The translations under genes and the position numbers were made by a program. From contig JANYDU010000046.1 in the NCBI GenBank assembly GCA_025359805.1, positions 20,900 through 84,899 of the forward strand: a stretch of DNA of 64,000 nt. The letters are read 5' to 3'. Position 1 is the first letter of the stretch; each line of letters begins with the position of its first letter. Below the pieces are notes generated by a model that was not told the DNA's origin, ran no database searches, and saw only the letters and a program-made list of their open reading frames with translations. Positions 1 through 10,860 of this stretch are shown piece by piece. This DNA comes from Bacteroidota bacterium. GTDB lineage: Bacteria; Bacteroidota; Bacteroidia; UKL13-3.

Positions 1-431
1 GATTTTATACTTGTATCGGCATATTTATAAAACATCATTTGAGAGTAAATACCACCCTTATGCCTAAATGTTAATGAAGGGTTATAGCACCATCCGTTTA
101 AACTGCTTTGCCTTCCTTGAGAAATATTTTTATTCGCAAAATAATTATCATACTCAAAATGAGATGAGTTATTAATCTTGTTTAATATGTAGTTAATTCT
201 ATCATGTTCTAAGTCATCCAAAGAGTCAAGAATATCATTTAACACTTGTAATGAATCAGCATTTTTGTCAAGATATTTTCTAATGAGCTTAATTCTTTTT
301 ATGTGTTGGTGTTCGTCATGATGATAATCTGGCAGATAAAGTCTATCCTCCGATTGAGCGTTAACAAAATTAATGGTTCCGAGAAATAAAATAATAATAA
401 GAGTTAGCAATATTTGTTTGAAAGAAATCAT
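1..431 (-). CDS. Hypothetical exported/outer-membrane protein, 3' end runs off the window
   Basis: Manually translated open frame from ATG at 431 to the edge: MISFKQILLTLIIILFLGTINFVNAQ (signal peptide)...FEYDNYFANKNISQGRQ...YNPSLTFRHKGGIY. TACTTTTG -7 box on the minus strand at 461-468. Absent from the ORF track because there is no stop in the window. Confidence 0.7.
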   Translation of the reverse strand, partial: MISFKQILLTLIIILFLGTINFVNAQSEDRLYLPDYHHDEHQHIKRIKLIRKYLDKNADSLQVLNDILDSLDDLEHDRINYILNKINNSSHFEYDNYFANKNISQGRQSSLNGWCYNPSLTFRHKGGIYSQMMFYKYADTSIK

Positions 432-583
432 TCTATAATTTATGTTTATCTTTTAGAAACCAAAAGTATATTTAAATAATTAGTTTATTAACCAACACAA
501 CCCTTTATTAAAAAAACATGTTATTAATACTGAGTTAATATTTACTCCAAATTGTTAATTAAATTTGGATTTCAACAGTTGAA

Positions 584-1786
584 TTGCCAATCAAAAAATT
601 TATATCCATTTGTATAGGAAATATTTTCCTTAGTTGTGCATTTGCTCAATCAGATTCATCTCATGAGGTGAAACAAATTGATGTGTTTGATTGGGCTGCA
701 AAATTTTCAAAACATTTAGATTTTGAAAACTATGATACTGCTCTAAAACAAACAGAAAGAAATCATTTTTCTATATTGCCTGTTATTAGTTATTCTCTTC
801 AAACAGGCATGGTTGTGGGCGTTACGGGTAATCTTGCATTATATACTACAGAGGGCGCTCAAGCAAATATTTCAAATATTATTTCAACACTTGCATACAC
901 TCAACAAAACCAAACTATACTCATTATTCAACCAAATATTTGGAGCAAAGGAAATAAATACAATTTGGTGGGCGATATTATATATTTAAAATATCCTCAA
1001 GAAACTTATGGACTTGGAGGTTATACAAAACTTAGTGATGCAAGTAAAATTGACTATTCATTTATCCGAATTTATCAAACAGTATTAAAACAAATTGTAC
1101 CCGATTTTTTTATTGGAATGGGATATAATTTAGATGCACATTGGAATATAAAAGAAACACCAAATTCCAATCAACAACAAACCGATTTTAGTAAATATGG
1201 TTTAAAAGAGCAGAGCACATCATCAGGTATCTCACTAAACATTTTGTTTGATAACAGACGAAATTCTATAAACCCTCAAAAAGGAATTTACGGCAATTTG
1301 GTATATCGAAACAACAACACATATTTAGGAAGTGATAACAATTGGCAATCGTTAATTATTGATTTTAGAAAATATATGAAGTTTCCTTTTTCTTCAAAAA
1401 ATATTCTTGCGTTTTGGAGTTATAACTGGCTTACAATAAATGGAAATCCTCCATATTTAGACTTGCCAAGCACGGGTTGGGACAATTATGGAAATACCGG
1501 AAGAGGTTATATTCAAGGGCGTTTTAGAGATAAAAATATGATTTATTTAGAATCAGAATATCGGTTTGGAATTACTAAAAATGGTTTATTGGGAGGAGTG
1601 CTTTTTATAAATACACAAAGTTTTTCGAATTGGCCAAGCAACATAATTAATAATTTACAACCAGGTTATGGATTTGGCTTACGTCTAAAAGTAAATAAAT
1701 ATTCTAATACAAATGCAGCCTTTGATTACGGATTTGGAACTGGTGGATCAAGAGGGTTATTTTTAAATTTATGCGAGATGTTTTAA
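584..1786 (+). CDS. BamA/TamA (Omp85)-family outer-membrane beta-barrel without POTRA domains
   Basis: Signal peptide; FDNRRNSINPQKG; L6-loop-like GRGYIQGRFRD; GYGFGLR; C-terminal Phe. TAAATTTG box at 560-567. Confidence 0.75.
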   Translation: MPIKKFISICIGNIFLSCAFAQSDSSHEVKQIDVFDWAAKFSKHLDFENYDTALKQTERNHFSILPVISYSLQTGMVVGVTGNLALYTTEGAQANISNIISTLAYTQQNQTILIIQPNIWSKGNKYNLVGDIIYLKYPQETYGLGGYTKLSDASKIDYSFIRIYQTVLKQIVPDFFIGMGYNLDAHWNIKETPNSNQQQTDFSKYGLKEQSTSSGISLNILFDNRRNSINPQKGIYGNLVYRNNNTYLGSDNNWQSLIIDFRKYMKFPFSSKNILAFWSYNWLTINGNPPYLDLPSTGWDNYGNTGRGYIQGRFRDKNMIYLESEYRFGITKNGLLGGVLFINTQSFSNWPSNIINNLQPGYGFGLRLKVNKYSNTNAAFDYGFGTGGSRGLFLNLCEMF

Positions 1787-1824
1787 ACACTAAAATTTAG
1801 AGCCCTTAACTAATTAACAACCAA

Positions 1825-2199
1825 CTAAACATATTTCAACTTCTTATAACAATCAAATCCATCTTTCACAGTTTTTTCAATATCCTTTTTCATTTGTGCA
1901 TCCCATTTTTTAATATGAAAACATGATTTCCCTTTCAAACATTTTTTTAAGTTTTCCGGAATTTTTTCAATCAATTCAGTATGCATATAAATTGTCATCA
2001 TATAAAATCCTACATAATTTTTTTGAATGATGGCAGCACCAAAATAGAGTTCTTTAAATTTTCGTCCTGCAATTTCAACTTCCTTTTTTGAAACCAATTC
2101 ATAACGAGAGTCAAATTTAGATACAACTGTTAGCGGTGGAGTATATTTAGAAAATATACGGGTTATTTCATCAAAAATTTGTTTGCGATTATCTTCCAT
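1825..2199 (-). CDS. DUF1801 (YdhG-like) domain protein
   Basis: QKNYVGFY...LKGKSCFHIK motif. ATG at 2199 preferred over the upstream TTG at 2205. Confidence 0.65.
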   Translation of the reverse strand: MEDNRKQIFDEITRIFSKYTPPLTVVSKFDSRYELVSKKEVEIAGRKFKELYFGAAIIQKNYVGFYMMTIYMHTELIEKIPENLKKCLKGKSCFHIKKWDAQMKKDIEKTVKDGFDCYKKLKYV

Positions 2200-2217
2200 C
2201 AACAACTTTATGATTAT

Positions 2218-3372
2218 CTATTTAATACTTATTTTCGACTGTAATACTCCGTCATTTGTAGTAAGATGAATAAAATAAATACCTGTAGAAAAAGATTCAT
2301 TCAACTTCATTTTTATAAGTCCGTTTGAAGTTTTTGTCCATTCAACAACACTGCTTTGCCCAATATTATTTATGACTGAAATTTGGCTAACCTCAGCAGT
2401 GGTTTCTATAAAAATATTTCCTTCCGAAGGATTAGGATAAACAGATATTTTAAGAGGAAACGAAGCAATTTCATCAACACCAACACCCGCATATCTTTTG
2501 GTATTATAAAACGATAAAACCGGATAATGATCCGATGTATTATCACTTAAGTAACCCGAAATATAAGTTGGTAATTCATTCACAACTCTACATGAATTAT
2601 TTACATAAAACTTTTGTAAAGATTTGGAAAGCATTTGCTCATCCAACATTTTTCCACCTGTTATGTAAGAACTTTTTCCTTGATCGCACAAGACTTTTGT
2701 TGGGAAGAAAAAATGTGTGCTATCATTCACAAAATTTGCAAAAGGTGAAGTTAAATTATTATACGTTGATGAGTTCAAATCATCATTCCAATCCCCTAAA
2801 ACAATTACTTTTTTATCCGCTCTATTTGTTTCTAAAAAAGTTTTCAGATACCCCGAAGCATTTTGTCGCCTTCCATAAGATGTTTGATCTCCGTAGGCTT
2901 TAAGATGCAATACATAAAAATAAATGGTATCAACAACTGAATTTATTTTAGTTTTTAAAATAACTTCAAGTGGAGGTCTACCAGCAAAATCATTGTAATA
3001 TGTTTGGTCTGTTAGTACACTTTGACTGGATATAAAATCGAAGATATTTTTATTCCAAATTAATCCTGTTTTTTGAGTTTGAGAATACGTGGTAATTGTA
3101 TTTCCATAATCGGGCATTGCGGCTGTTAAATTTACCCAAGCTGTAGCATCCGAAATTTCTTCTAAAGCCCATACATCAATATCAGCATTTTGTAAAACAC
3201 TTTTCACATTATTAAATTGAAGGGTTTCATTGATAGGCCCATTTGTGGCATCTCCAAACCATTCAATATTCCAACAAGCAATATCAATTAAGGTATCGTT
3301 ACCCATTTTAGGAACTTGTGCATTAACTATAAACGATGAATAAATCATCAAGAATAAAAACATTTTTTTCAT
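2218..3372 (-). CDS. T9SS-secreted endonuclease/exonuclease/phosphatase (EEP) family protein
   Basis: WNIEWF, LEE, HLKA, GDWND and SDHYPV catalytic motifs; signal peptide; type A CTD (VYPNPS...GIYF...KISIK). Confidence 0.85.
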   Translation of the reverse strand: MKKMFLFLMIYSSFIVNAQVPKMGNDTLIDIACWNIEWFGDATNGPINETLQFNNVKSVLQNADIDVWALEEISDATAWVNLTAAMPDYGNTITTYSQTQKTGLIWNKNIFDFISSQSVLTDQTYYNDFAGRPPLEVILKTKINSVVDTIYFYVLHLKAYGDQTSYGRRQNASGYLKTFLETNRADKKVIVLGDWNDDLNSSTYNNLTSPFANFVNDSTHFFFPTKVLCDQGKSSYITGGKMLDEQMLSKSLQKFYVNNSCRVVNELPTYISGYLSDNTSDHYPVLSFYNTKRYAGVGVDEIASFPLKISVYPNPSEGNIFIETTAEVSQISVINNIGQSSVVEWTKTSNGLIKMKLNESFSTGIYFIHLTTNDGVLQSKISIK

Positions 3373-4358
3373 GTTTCAAATTTGTACTTTTTAAATTGTA
3401 ATAAAAACCAAATAAAACAAATTGTGCCTGTAAAAAAAGTAAACACAGCCTGAGCTCCATGAATAATAATTGCCAAAGCATTTCCGGTTAATAAACTGAC
3501 GCCTAATAATACAAATGCTTGGCTCACTAAAAAATGATAGGCGCCCATTCCCCCGCCCTGTATGGGAATAGATCTACCTATACTTCCAATTACCAATACA
3601 AAAAATGCGGCATTCATTCCTAAATTTTCACTTTCAAAAAAGGTAAATAACCATAAGTAAGTCATCAAAAAATAACAAACCCAAATAGCACAAGTTAGTA
3701 ACAAAAATTTAACTCGATGCTTCATCATCAACATACTTTTTATGGAATGAATAAATTCCAAATAAAAACGGTATATTTTTCTGTTTTTGAGTTTGTATTT
3801 AATTATCCAACCTAAAACAAATAGTAAAAAAATGCCTGATAAAATAATCCACAATAAAGTTGAAAAACTGATTCTTTGCTGAATGGGATATAGAATATTT
3901 TGTTTGATAAAAACAGCAATATTGGAACTATTAAAAACAAATGCGATAACCAATAATATGAGTAAAGTAATGGTATCAATTGTTCTTTCCACAACTATAG
4001 TAATTAATGATTTATTAAAAGGAATATTATCTGATTTTTTCAACATTAAACAACGTGTAATTTCTCCTAACCTTGGCACTGCAAAGCTCACTAAATACCC
4101 AACACACAAGGAAATAAACAGCATGCTTTTTCGCGGCTTTTCATCCATTGATATATAGAATAATTTCCACCTCAAAATTCTAAAATAATATCCACTAATT
4201 GAAACCAAATAAACTGGAAATGCAACCCAATAATTTCCTGTTTTAATAGTGATTAAAATATCATGAATATTTAATTTATTGAATGATAAAAAAACAAGAG
4301 CCACTCCAATTAAAAATAGGATAAAAAATTGGATGGTTTTAAATGTATTTTTAGTCAT
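3369..4358 (-). CDS. Lysylphosphatidylglycerol synthase TM / UPF0104 flippase-like membrane protein
   Basis: RILRW, PRLGEITR, ERTID and GGMGAYH motifs; multiple TM helices; ATGA overlap with the downstream gene. Confidence 0.8.
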   Translation of the reverse strand: MTKNTFKTIQFFILFLIGVALVFLSFNKLNIHDILITIKTGNYWVAFPVYLVSISGYYFRILRWKLFYISMDEKPRKSMLFISLCVGYLVSFAVPRLGEITRCLMLKKSDNIPFNKSLITIVVERTIDTITLLILLVIAFVFNSSNIAVFIKQNILYPIQQRISFSTLLWIILSGIFLLFVLGWIIKYKLKNRKIYRFYLEFIHSIKSMLMMKHRVKFLLLTCAIWVCYFLMTYLWLFTFFESENLGMNAAFFVLVIGSIGRSIPIQGGGMGAYHFLVSQAFVLLGVSLLTGNALAIIIHGAQAVFTFFTGTICFIWFLLQFKKYKFET

Positions 4359-4442
4359 AATTTTTGTTTCTAATCAATTTGCATCTATTTTTTATAAAAA
4401 TTCGTACTTTCGATACGGTAAAAATACACAAACAATATACAC

Positions 4443-7139
4443 ATGAAAAAACTATACATTTTTATTTTTTTCGTATTTTCAATTAATCGTTTTTATGCAC
4501 AATCAATTCCTCAACCTTGGATTCCATTTGGTGCTGATACTTCTTATCCACGTTCTATTATTCATACGGATGAAATTTCGGGAGTGAAAATTTCTTTAGC
4601 TGCCGGAACAAACATTGATTTATATACTGAAGTTTATAACAATGCCATTTCAATTCCTCCAACAGGAAATGATGTATTGGATGATAAAAGAAACCGAGCA
4701 TACATTGCAAAAAATGCTGCATTTTGTTTCCTACTTGGCGTAAAACCATCAGGAAACACAATAACTTCACTGAGTACTTCCGAAAAAGATTATTTAAGAA
4801 TCACCTCACGCACACTTCTTGAACAAATTAATACTTACGTAAATGTTTTATCAAGCGATAGTCCTACTAATTTTGATAATTGGCAATGGACATCAAAACA
4901 AATTATTGATTTTGTAACTGCCTATGATTTATTAAGAGGAGCAGGTGTTAGTGAAACAGAATTAACCCTGGCCAAAAACGCTGTGAAAGTGTTTACTGGT
5001 AATTTATACTTCGAAGCCACCAAAACAAATTTAGGAACAAACTTTTTTCAAGGCGCAAAAAATAATCACTCATTGATGACCGCAGGAGCAATAGGAATGG
5101 CAGCCGTAATTTTAAGTGATATAAAAGACACATTGGATCAAAACAAACCCTATAACTGGATAAATGCAGCCATGTGGAATATTCATAATGTTATGTGGTG
5201 GGATATAAAACGTCAATCAACTGTTGGGAAATATACCGGATATGCGGAAGGAACTTATTACTATAAATATGCATTTTGCAACTTGCTGCCATTTTTTAGA
5301 GCCATGGGATTTTATTTAAAAGATACTACACTATCTTATCAATTTAGCGACATCAATAGAAAAATAAGAAACCCTTGGTATGATACAAACTATGTAAAAA
5401 TTTATGATTGGTTTGAAGCCATTAGAATGCCAGATGGACGAATGCCTGCAATTGAAGATTCCTATAATTACAGATGTTTTCCCGAATTAGCCATTCTTAG
5501 AAAACCAAAATATGTTTGGCCACTTACCTTAAGTCAATTAGATAATGTACAAGATAATTCATTAAGTCGTCAACTACAATCAGTATATGATTTACGTGCT
5601 AATTATATTGCAGCAAATACCCCCGTAAATTTATTTAATGATAGTTTATTTAAAGTATTACCCGATGCTGGAATTGCCATATTTCGATCAGGTTGGGATT
5701 CAGCTGCAACCTATTTTGCACTAACAGGAAAAAATGGAATTGCATTGTCATCTTCTGATGCACATAACCATGCTGATGATGGCAGTTTTTTGATGATGAT
5801 AAACGGACAAACGATGGCATTAGACCCAGGATATTTAAGTTATGAATGGAGAGATTCCATCGCATCAGCATCTTCACACAATATGCTTTTAGTAAATGGT
5901 GCAGGAACACTACAAGGTCAACCCGGAAAATCAAATGGCGCAGATTGTTTTATCGAAAAAACATTTACTTCCGATGTTCAAAATTATGCGGAATTAAGAA
6001 CTCATTATTTAAATACTGATGTAAATAGAAAAGTAATGTTTATTAGAAAAAAATATTTTTTAATGATTGATCACTTATCAAGTAATAATCCCCAACAATA
6101 TTCCTATTTATTACATGGATATGGACTTGAAAATGGGAACTTAAGTAATACCGGAGTTTTTATCGATATGATGGCAAACCACCGTGCAGCATGGAAAAGA
6201 AGAAACTCTGGATTATATTCAATCGTAAATAGTGATGTAAATATCACATTTAATAAAGTTACAGGAATACATGAATATAGCTATCAAAATATACAAAATC
6301 ATACATACATAGATGTGAAAACTTCTCCATCAAATTCTGCATCTTACTTAACCTGTTTACAACCTTTTAAAAACATTTCTACAGATACTTTTCCAATTCA
6401 AACTTTATCGATTCCAGCAGCTGTTTCGTATAAAATTAATGATGGAAACTATACTGATATTGCTATTTCAAAATCAACTAATACAATACTTTCTATTCCA
6501 AAATCAACTACAGGTTTAAGTAATGATTATATTACCGATGCACATTTTTTTTGGGCATCAGAACAAAGTGGAAATCTAATAGATTTATTTATGCAAAAAG
6601 GAACAGTACTTATCAAAGATGCCGATACATTAATTTCATGCAATTATCCAATTAACTTAGAATACATAAAAACCGGTGCAAAAACGTATAAAGGATTTTG
6701 TGGCGATACAGGTTGGATTGATTTTCATACAGGCGAATACCCAATTATGTTTAGCAGTGATGGAGTATGGTTTGTAAAATATAATACATCCACAAAAATT
6801 GCTTCCGTTTATTTTGCTAAAGCTGCAAATTTTAATATCGTTTTAGATGATACTAGAATCGGTATCAACGAACTTTTTAAAGATAAAAATTATTTAACCG
6901 CTTACCCAAATCCCACTCATTCAATACTTCATTTTTCGTTAAGGGCTTCATCAAATCAAGATTTACAATTATCTCTTTTTGATTTAACAGGGCGAGAGAT
7001 TATTTCCGAAAAAATACCTGCTTTTAGCAATGAAAAATCTATTGATACTTCAGAATTAAATAATGGAATGTATTATGCTGCACTTACGGATAGATACGGA
7101 AATAAAAGTTCAACTATTAAAATATGTATTGTAAAATAG
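4443..7139 (+). CDS. T9SS-secreted heparinase II/III-family polysaccharide lyase
   Basis: NNH and YAEGTYY in an alpha-helical N-domain; HNHADDGSF, DPGY and HNMLLVNG Hepar_II_III motifs; type A CTD (AYPNPT...GMYY...KICIVK). Confidence 0.8.
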   Translation: MKKLYIFIFFVFSINRFYAQSIPQPWIPFGADTSYPRSIIHTDEISGVKISLAAGTNIDLYTEVYNNAISIPPTGNDVLDDKRNRAYIAKNAAFCFLLGVKPSGNTITSLSTSEKDYLRITSRTLLEQINTYVNVLSSDSPTNFDNWQWTSKQIIDFVTAYDLLRGAGVSETELTLAKNAVKVFTGNLYFEATKTNLGTNFFQGAKNNHSLMTAGAIGMAAVILSDIKDTLDQNKPYNWINAAMWNIHNVMWWDIKRQSTVGKYTGYAEGTYYYKYAFCNLLPFFRAMGFYLKDTTLSYQFSDINRKIRNPWYDTNYVKIYDWFEAIRMPDGRMPAIEDSYNYRCFPELAILRKPKYVWPLTLSQLDNVQDNSLSRQLQSVYDLRANYIAANTPVNLFNDSLFKVLPDAGIAIFRSGWDSAATYFALTGKNGIALSSSDAHNHADDGSFLMMINGQTMALDPGYLSYEWRDSIASASSHNMLLVNGAGTLQGQPGKSNGADCFIEKTFTSDVQNYAELRTHYLNTDVNRKVMFIRKKYFLMIDHLSSNNPQQYSYLLHGYGLENGNLSNTGVFIDMMANHRAAWKRRNSGLYSIVNSDVNITFNKVTGIHEYSYQNIQNHTYIDVKTSPSNSASYLTCLQPFKNISTDTFPIQTLSIPAAVSYKINDGNYTDIAISKSTNTILSIPKSTTGLSNDYITDAHFFWASEQSGNLIDLFMQKGTVLIKDADTLISCNYPINLEYIKTGAKTYKGFCGDTGWIDFHTGEYPIMFSSDGVWFVKYNTSTKIASVYFAKAANFNIVLDDTRIGINELFKDKNYLTAYPNPTHSILHFSLRASSNQDLQLSLFDLTGREIISEKIPAFSNEKSIDTSELNNGMYYAALTDRYGNKSSTIKICIVK

Positions 7140-7299
7140 AAAATCAAAGAAACTATTTTGTCTTTTCCATCATCATTATAACTAATGTCAAAAAAATATT
7201 TTTAGTAAAAAAAATCGAAATCAAGAATATCATTTTTCCGAAAAAACATCCTTTCATCAGTCCATATTTGAATATTTCTTCAAAAGTTTTTCCAAATCC

Positions 7300-7336
7300 T
7301 TGCTTGTTAAATAATCAATCCTATATTTGCCACCCC
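7300..7336 (+). promoter_or_regulatory. Bacteroidota sigma-A promoter P1 of the str operon
   Basis: TTG (7300-7302), 19-nt spacer, TATATTTG (7322-7329), then CCACCCC. Confidence 0.65.
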
Positions 7337-7439
7337 AATTTCAGAACAATATTAGGTTCTATTGGCAAAGACTGATGGTTAAATTATCGCTTAGATTAAC
7401 CCGCTCAGCAGTTAAATATTAAATATTTTTCTTCTGCGC

Positions 7440-7477
7440 TTGCTAAGCTAAATTATTCCCTCTACATTTGCCACCCC
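7440..7477 (+). promoter_or_regulatory. Bacteroidota sigma-A promoter P2 of the str operon
   Basis: TTG (7440-7442), 20-nt spacer, TACATTTG (7463-7470), then CCACCCC. Confidence 0.7.
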
Positions 7478-7508
7478 TAAAAAAACATTGGGTGTTTAAA
7501 GTATTGAT

Positions 7509-7925
7509 ATGCCAACCATACAACAACTAGTAAGAAAAGGTCGCACTGACAAAGCAAGCAAGAGTAAATCTCCTGCTTTAGATTCGTGCCCCCAACGCAG
7601 AGGTGTGTGTACTCGTGTTTACACAACCACACCTAAAAAACCTAACTCAGCTATGCGTAAAGTGGCTCGTGTTAGATTAACTAACGGAAACGAAGTAAAT
7701 GCCTACATACCTGGTGAAGGACATAATTTGCAAGAACACTCTATCGTATTAATTCGTGGAGGAAGGGTAAAAGATTTACCTGGAGTTCGTTACCACATTG
7801 TACGTGGAGCACTGGATACATCAGGTGTTGAAGGACGTAACCAACGTAGATCAAAATACGGTACTAAAAAACCTAAAGCTGGAGCAGTTGCTGCTGATGC
7901 AAAAGGTAAACCTAAAAAGAAGTAA
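7509..7925 (+). CDS. rpsL: 30S ribosomal protein S12
   Basis: [29 protein letters not shown]. Confidence 0.99.
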   Translation: MPTIQQLVRKGRTDKASKSKSPALDSCPQRRGVCTRVYTTTPKKPNSAMRKVARVRLTNGNEVNAYIPGEGHNLQEHSIVLIRGGRVKDLPGVRYHIVRGALDTSGVEGRNQRRSKYGTKKPKAGAVAADAKGKPKKK

Positions 7926-7933
7926 CATAAGGT

Positions 7934-8404
7934 ATGAGAAAATCGAAACCTAAAAAAAGAATATTAGTTCCAGATCCAAAGTTTAATGATACTTTGGTTA
8001 CACGTTTTGTAAACAACATGATGTGGAGCGGGAAAAAAAGTATCGCTTACGGAATTTTCTATGACGCTTTAGATAAAGTAGAAGCAAAAACTCAAGAGCG
8101 TGGATTAGATGTTTGGAAAAAAGCATTGAACAATATCATGCCTTCAGTAGAAGTAAAAGCAAGACGTGTTGGAGGTTCTACCTTTCAAATTCCAATTGAA
8201 GTACCTGCTGATAGAAAAGTTGCAGTTGGTATGAAATGGATGATTGATTATTCAAGAAAAAGAACAGAAAAAACAATGTCTGATAAACTTGCCGGAGAAA
8301 TTCTGTCAGCTTCAAAAAATGAAGGTGCTGCGGTAAAAAAACGTGAAGACACACATAAAATGGCAGAAGCGAATAAAGCTTTCTCTCACTTTAAATTAAG
8401 CTAA
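7934..8404 (+). CDS. rpsG: 30S ribosomal protein S7
   Basis: RRVGGSTFQIP, HKMAEANKAF; follows rpsL. Confidence 0.99.
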   Translation: MRKSKPKKRILVPDPKFNDTLVTRFVNNMMWSGKKSIAYGIFYDALDKVEAKTQERGLDVWKKALNNIMPSVEVKARRVGGSTFQIPIEVPADRKVAVGMKWMIDYSRKRTEKTMSDKLAGEILSASKNEGAAVKKREDTHKMAEANKAFSHFKLS

Positions 8405-8431
8405 TAAATTAACACGAGGAACAATTAACAA

Positions 8432-10537
8432 ATGTCACGCGACTTAAAATATACAAGAAATATAGGTATTGCTGCTCACATTGATGCGGGTAAAACCACT
8501 ACAACTGAGCGTATTCTTTATTATGCTGGTGTAAACCACAAAATTGGAGAAGTTCATGATGGTGCGGCAACAATGGATTGGATGGTTCAAGAGCAAGAAC
8601 GTGGAATAACAATCACTTCTGCTGCTACAACTGTTTTCTGGAAATACCGCAATAACAATTATCATATTAATATTATTGATACTCCTGGTCACGTTGATTT
8701 TACTGTAGAAGTAAATCGCTCACTTCGTGTATTAGATGGTCTTGTATTTTTGTTTAGTGCTGTTGATGGTGTTGAACCCCAATCAGAAACTAACTGGCGC
8801 TTAGCTAACAATTATAATGTTGCCCGTATCGGTTTCGTGAATAAAATGGATCGCTCTGGTGCCGACTTCTTAAATGTGGTTAAGCAAGTTCGTAGCATGT
8901 TAGGTAGTAATGCTATTCCACTTCAATTACCAATTGGTGCTGAAGATAATTTTGTTGGTGTGGTTGATTTAATCAACTTCCGCGGAATGGTTTGGAATGA
9001 GGATGATAAAGGAATGACATATAAAGATGTGCCGATTCCTGCTGATATGGTTGAAGAAGCTACTGAGTGGAGAGAGAAGTTGTTGGAAGCTGTTTCTGAA
9101 TATGATGACAAATTGATGGAAAAATTCTTTGAAGATCCTACATCAATTTCTGAACGCGAAATTTTAGATGCTTTGCGCAAAGCGACTATTGATATGAAAA
9201 TTGTACCAATGTTATGTGGTTCTTCTTTCAAAAACAAAGGTGTACAAACCATGCTTGATTTGGTAATGGAAATTTTACCAAGCCCACTCGACAAACAACA
9301 CATAACAGGAATAAATCCTGATACCGAACAAGAAGTTACTCGTAAACCTGACTACAATGAACCTTTTGCTGCTTTAGCATTTAAAATTGCAACCGATCCA
9401 TTTGTTGGTCGTTTAGCATTTATGCGTGCATATTCGGGTAAGCTTGATGCAGGTTCTTATGTACTAAATACCCGTAGTGGAAATAAAGAACGTATTTCAC
9501 GTATATTCCAAATGCACGCTAATAAACAAAACCCTATCGATAGTTTAGGTGCTGGTGATATTGGTGCAGCTGTAGGGTTTAAAGATATCAAAACAGGTGA
9601 TACTCTCTGTGATGAAAAGCACCCAATTGTGCTTGAAGCAATGGATTTCCCTGAGCCCGTTATTGGATTAGCTGTTGAGCCTAAAACTCAAGCTGATTCA
9701 GATAGATTAGGAATGTCTCTTGCTAAATTAGCTGAAGAAGATCCTACTTTCCGCGTAAAAACAGATGAAGAAACAGGACAAACAGTAATCTCAGGAATGG
9801 GCGAACTTCATCTTGAAATTATCGTTGATCGTTTAAGACGTGAATTTAAAGTTGAATGTAACCAAGGAGCACCTCAAGTAGCTTATAAAGAAACAATCAA
9901 AAATTCTATTAATCACAGAGAACTCTACAAAAAGCAATCAGGTGGTAGAGGAAAATTTGCTGATATGACTTTTGAACTTTCTCCTGTTGATGAAGGAAAA
10001 GAAGGTCTTCAGTTTATAAATGAAATTGTTGGTGGATCAATTCCTCGTGAATTTATTCCTTCAATCGAAAAAGGCTTTAAACAGGCTATGAGCAATGGTG
10101 TATTAGCAGGATATCCAGTTGATAGTTTGAAAGTTAGACTATATGATGGTTCATACCATGCAGTAGATTCGGATGCGATGTCTTTTGAAATTGCAGCTAA
10201 AGTTGCATTCAAAGAAGCTTGTCGCAAAGCAAGTCCTGTATTACTTGAACCTATAATGAAAATTGAAGTGTTAACTCCAGAAGATTATATGGGTGACGTG
10301 ATTGGAGATTTGAACAAAAGAAGAGGGCAATTAGAGGGAATGGATAGCAGAGCTGGTTCTCAGGTAATCAAAGCCAAAGTTCCACTATCTGAAATGTTTG
10401 GTTATGTAACTCAGTTACGTACTTTATCTTCAGGTCGTGCTTCAAGTACAATGGAATTTGATCACTATGCTGAGGCTCCAAAAAATGTAGCTGATGAAGT
10501 ATTAGCAAAAGTAAACGGTAAAGCAGTAAAAGCTTAA
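8432..10537 (+). CDS. fusA: Elongation factor G
   Basis: [23 protein letters not shown]; 701 aa. Confidence 0.99.
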   Translation: MSRDLKYTRNIGIAAHIDAGKTTTTERILYYAGVNHKIGEVHDGAATMDWMVQEQERGITITSAATTVFWKYRNNNYHINIIDTPGHVDFTVEVNRSLRVLDGLVFLFSAVDGVEPQSETNWRLANNYNVARIGFVNKMDRSGADFLNVVKQVRSMLGSNAIPLQLPIGAEDNFVGVVDLINFRGMVWNEDDKGMTYKDVPIPADMVEEATEWREKLLEAVSEYDDKLMEKFFEDPTSISEREILDALRKATIDMKIVPMLCGSSFKNKGVQTMLDLVMEILPSPLDKQHITGINPDTEQEVTRKPDYNEPFAALAFKIATDPFVGRLAFMRAYSGKLDAGSYVLNTRSGNKERISRIFQMHANKQNPIDSLGAGDIGAAVGFKDIKTGDTLCDEKHPIVLEAMDFPEPVIGLAVEPKTQADSDRLGMSLAKLAEEDPTFRVKTDEETGQTVISGMGELHLEIIVDRLRREFKVECNQGAPQVAYKETIKNSINHRELYKKQSGGRGKFADMTFELSPVDEGKEGLQFINEIVGGSIPREFIPSIEKGFKQAMSNGVLAGYPVDSLKVRLYDGSYHAVDSDAMSFEIAAKVAFKEACRKASPVLLEPIMKIEVLTPEDYMGDVIGDLNKRRGQLEGMDSRAGSQVIKAKVPLSEMFGYVTQLRTLSSGRASSTMEFDHYAEAPKNVADEVLAKVNGKAVKA

Positions 10538-10542
10538 ATAAA

Positions 10543-10851
10543 ATGGTTAATCAAAAAATCAGAATTAAATTAAAATCGTTCGATTACAATCTGGTTGATA
10601 AATCAGCTGAGAAGATTGTAAGAACTGTAAAATCAACAGGTGCAGTTGTGAGTGGACCAATTCCATTGCCCACACACAAGCGTATCTACACGGTTTTGCG
10701 TTCACCGCACGTAAACAAAAAAGCAAGAGAGCAATTCCAACTCTGCTCTTATAAGAGAATTCTCGACATCTACAGTTCAACCGCAAAAACTGTTGATGCA
10801 CTAATGAAATTAGAGTTGCCTAGCGGAGTTGATGTTGAAATTAAAGTTTGA
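10543..10851 (+). CDS. rpsJ: 30S ribosomal protein S10
   Basis: [20 protein letters not shown]. Confidence 0.99.
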   Translation: MVNQKIRIKLKSFDYNLVDKSAEKIVRTVKSTGAVVSGPIPLPTHKRIYTVLRSPHVNKKAREQFQLCSYKRILDIYSSTAKTVDALMKLELPSGVDVEIKV

Positions 10852-10860
10852 TAAAGAACT

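Noticed and set aside
7124-7375. 83-aa ORF-track call upstream of rpsL
   Set aside because: Overlaps the lyase stop and promoter P1, with no protein-like features; likely spurious.
7509-7925. Streptomycin-resistance substitutions in S12
   Set aside because: The PKKPNS and RVKDLPG motifs are wild type.
10538-10542. No tuf between fusA and rpsJ
   Set aside because: Normal Bacteroidota arrangement; tuf lies elsewhere.
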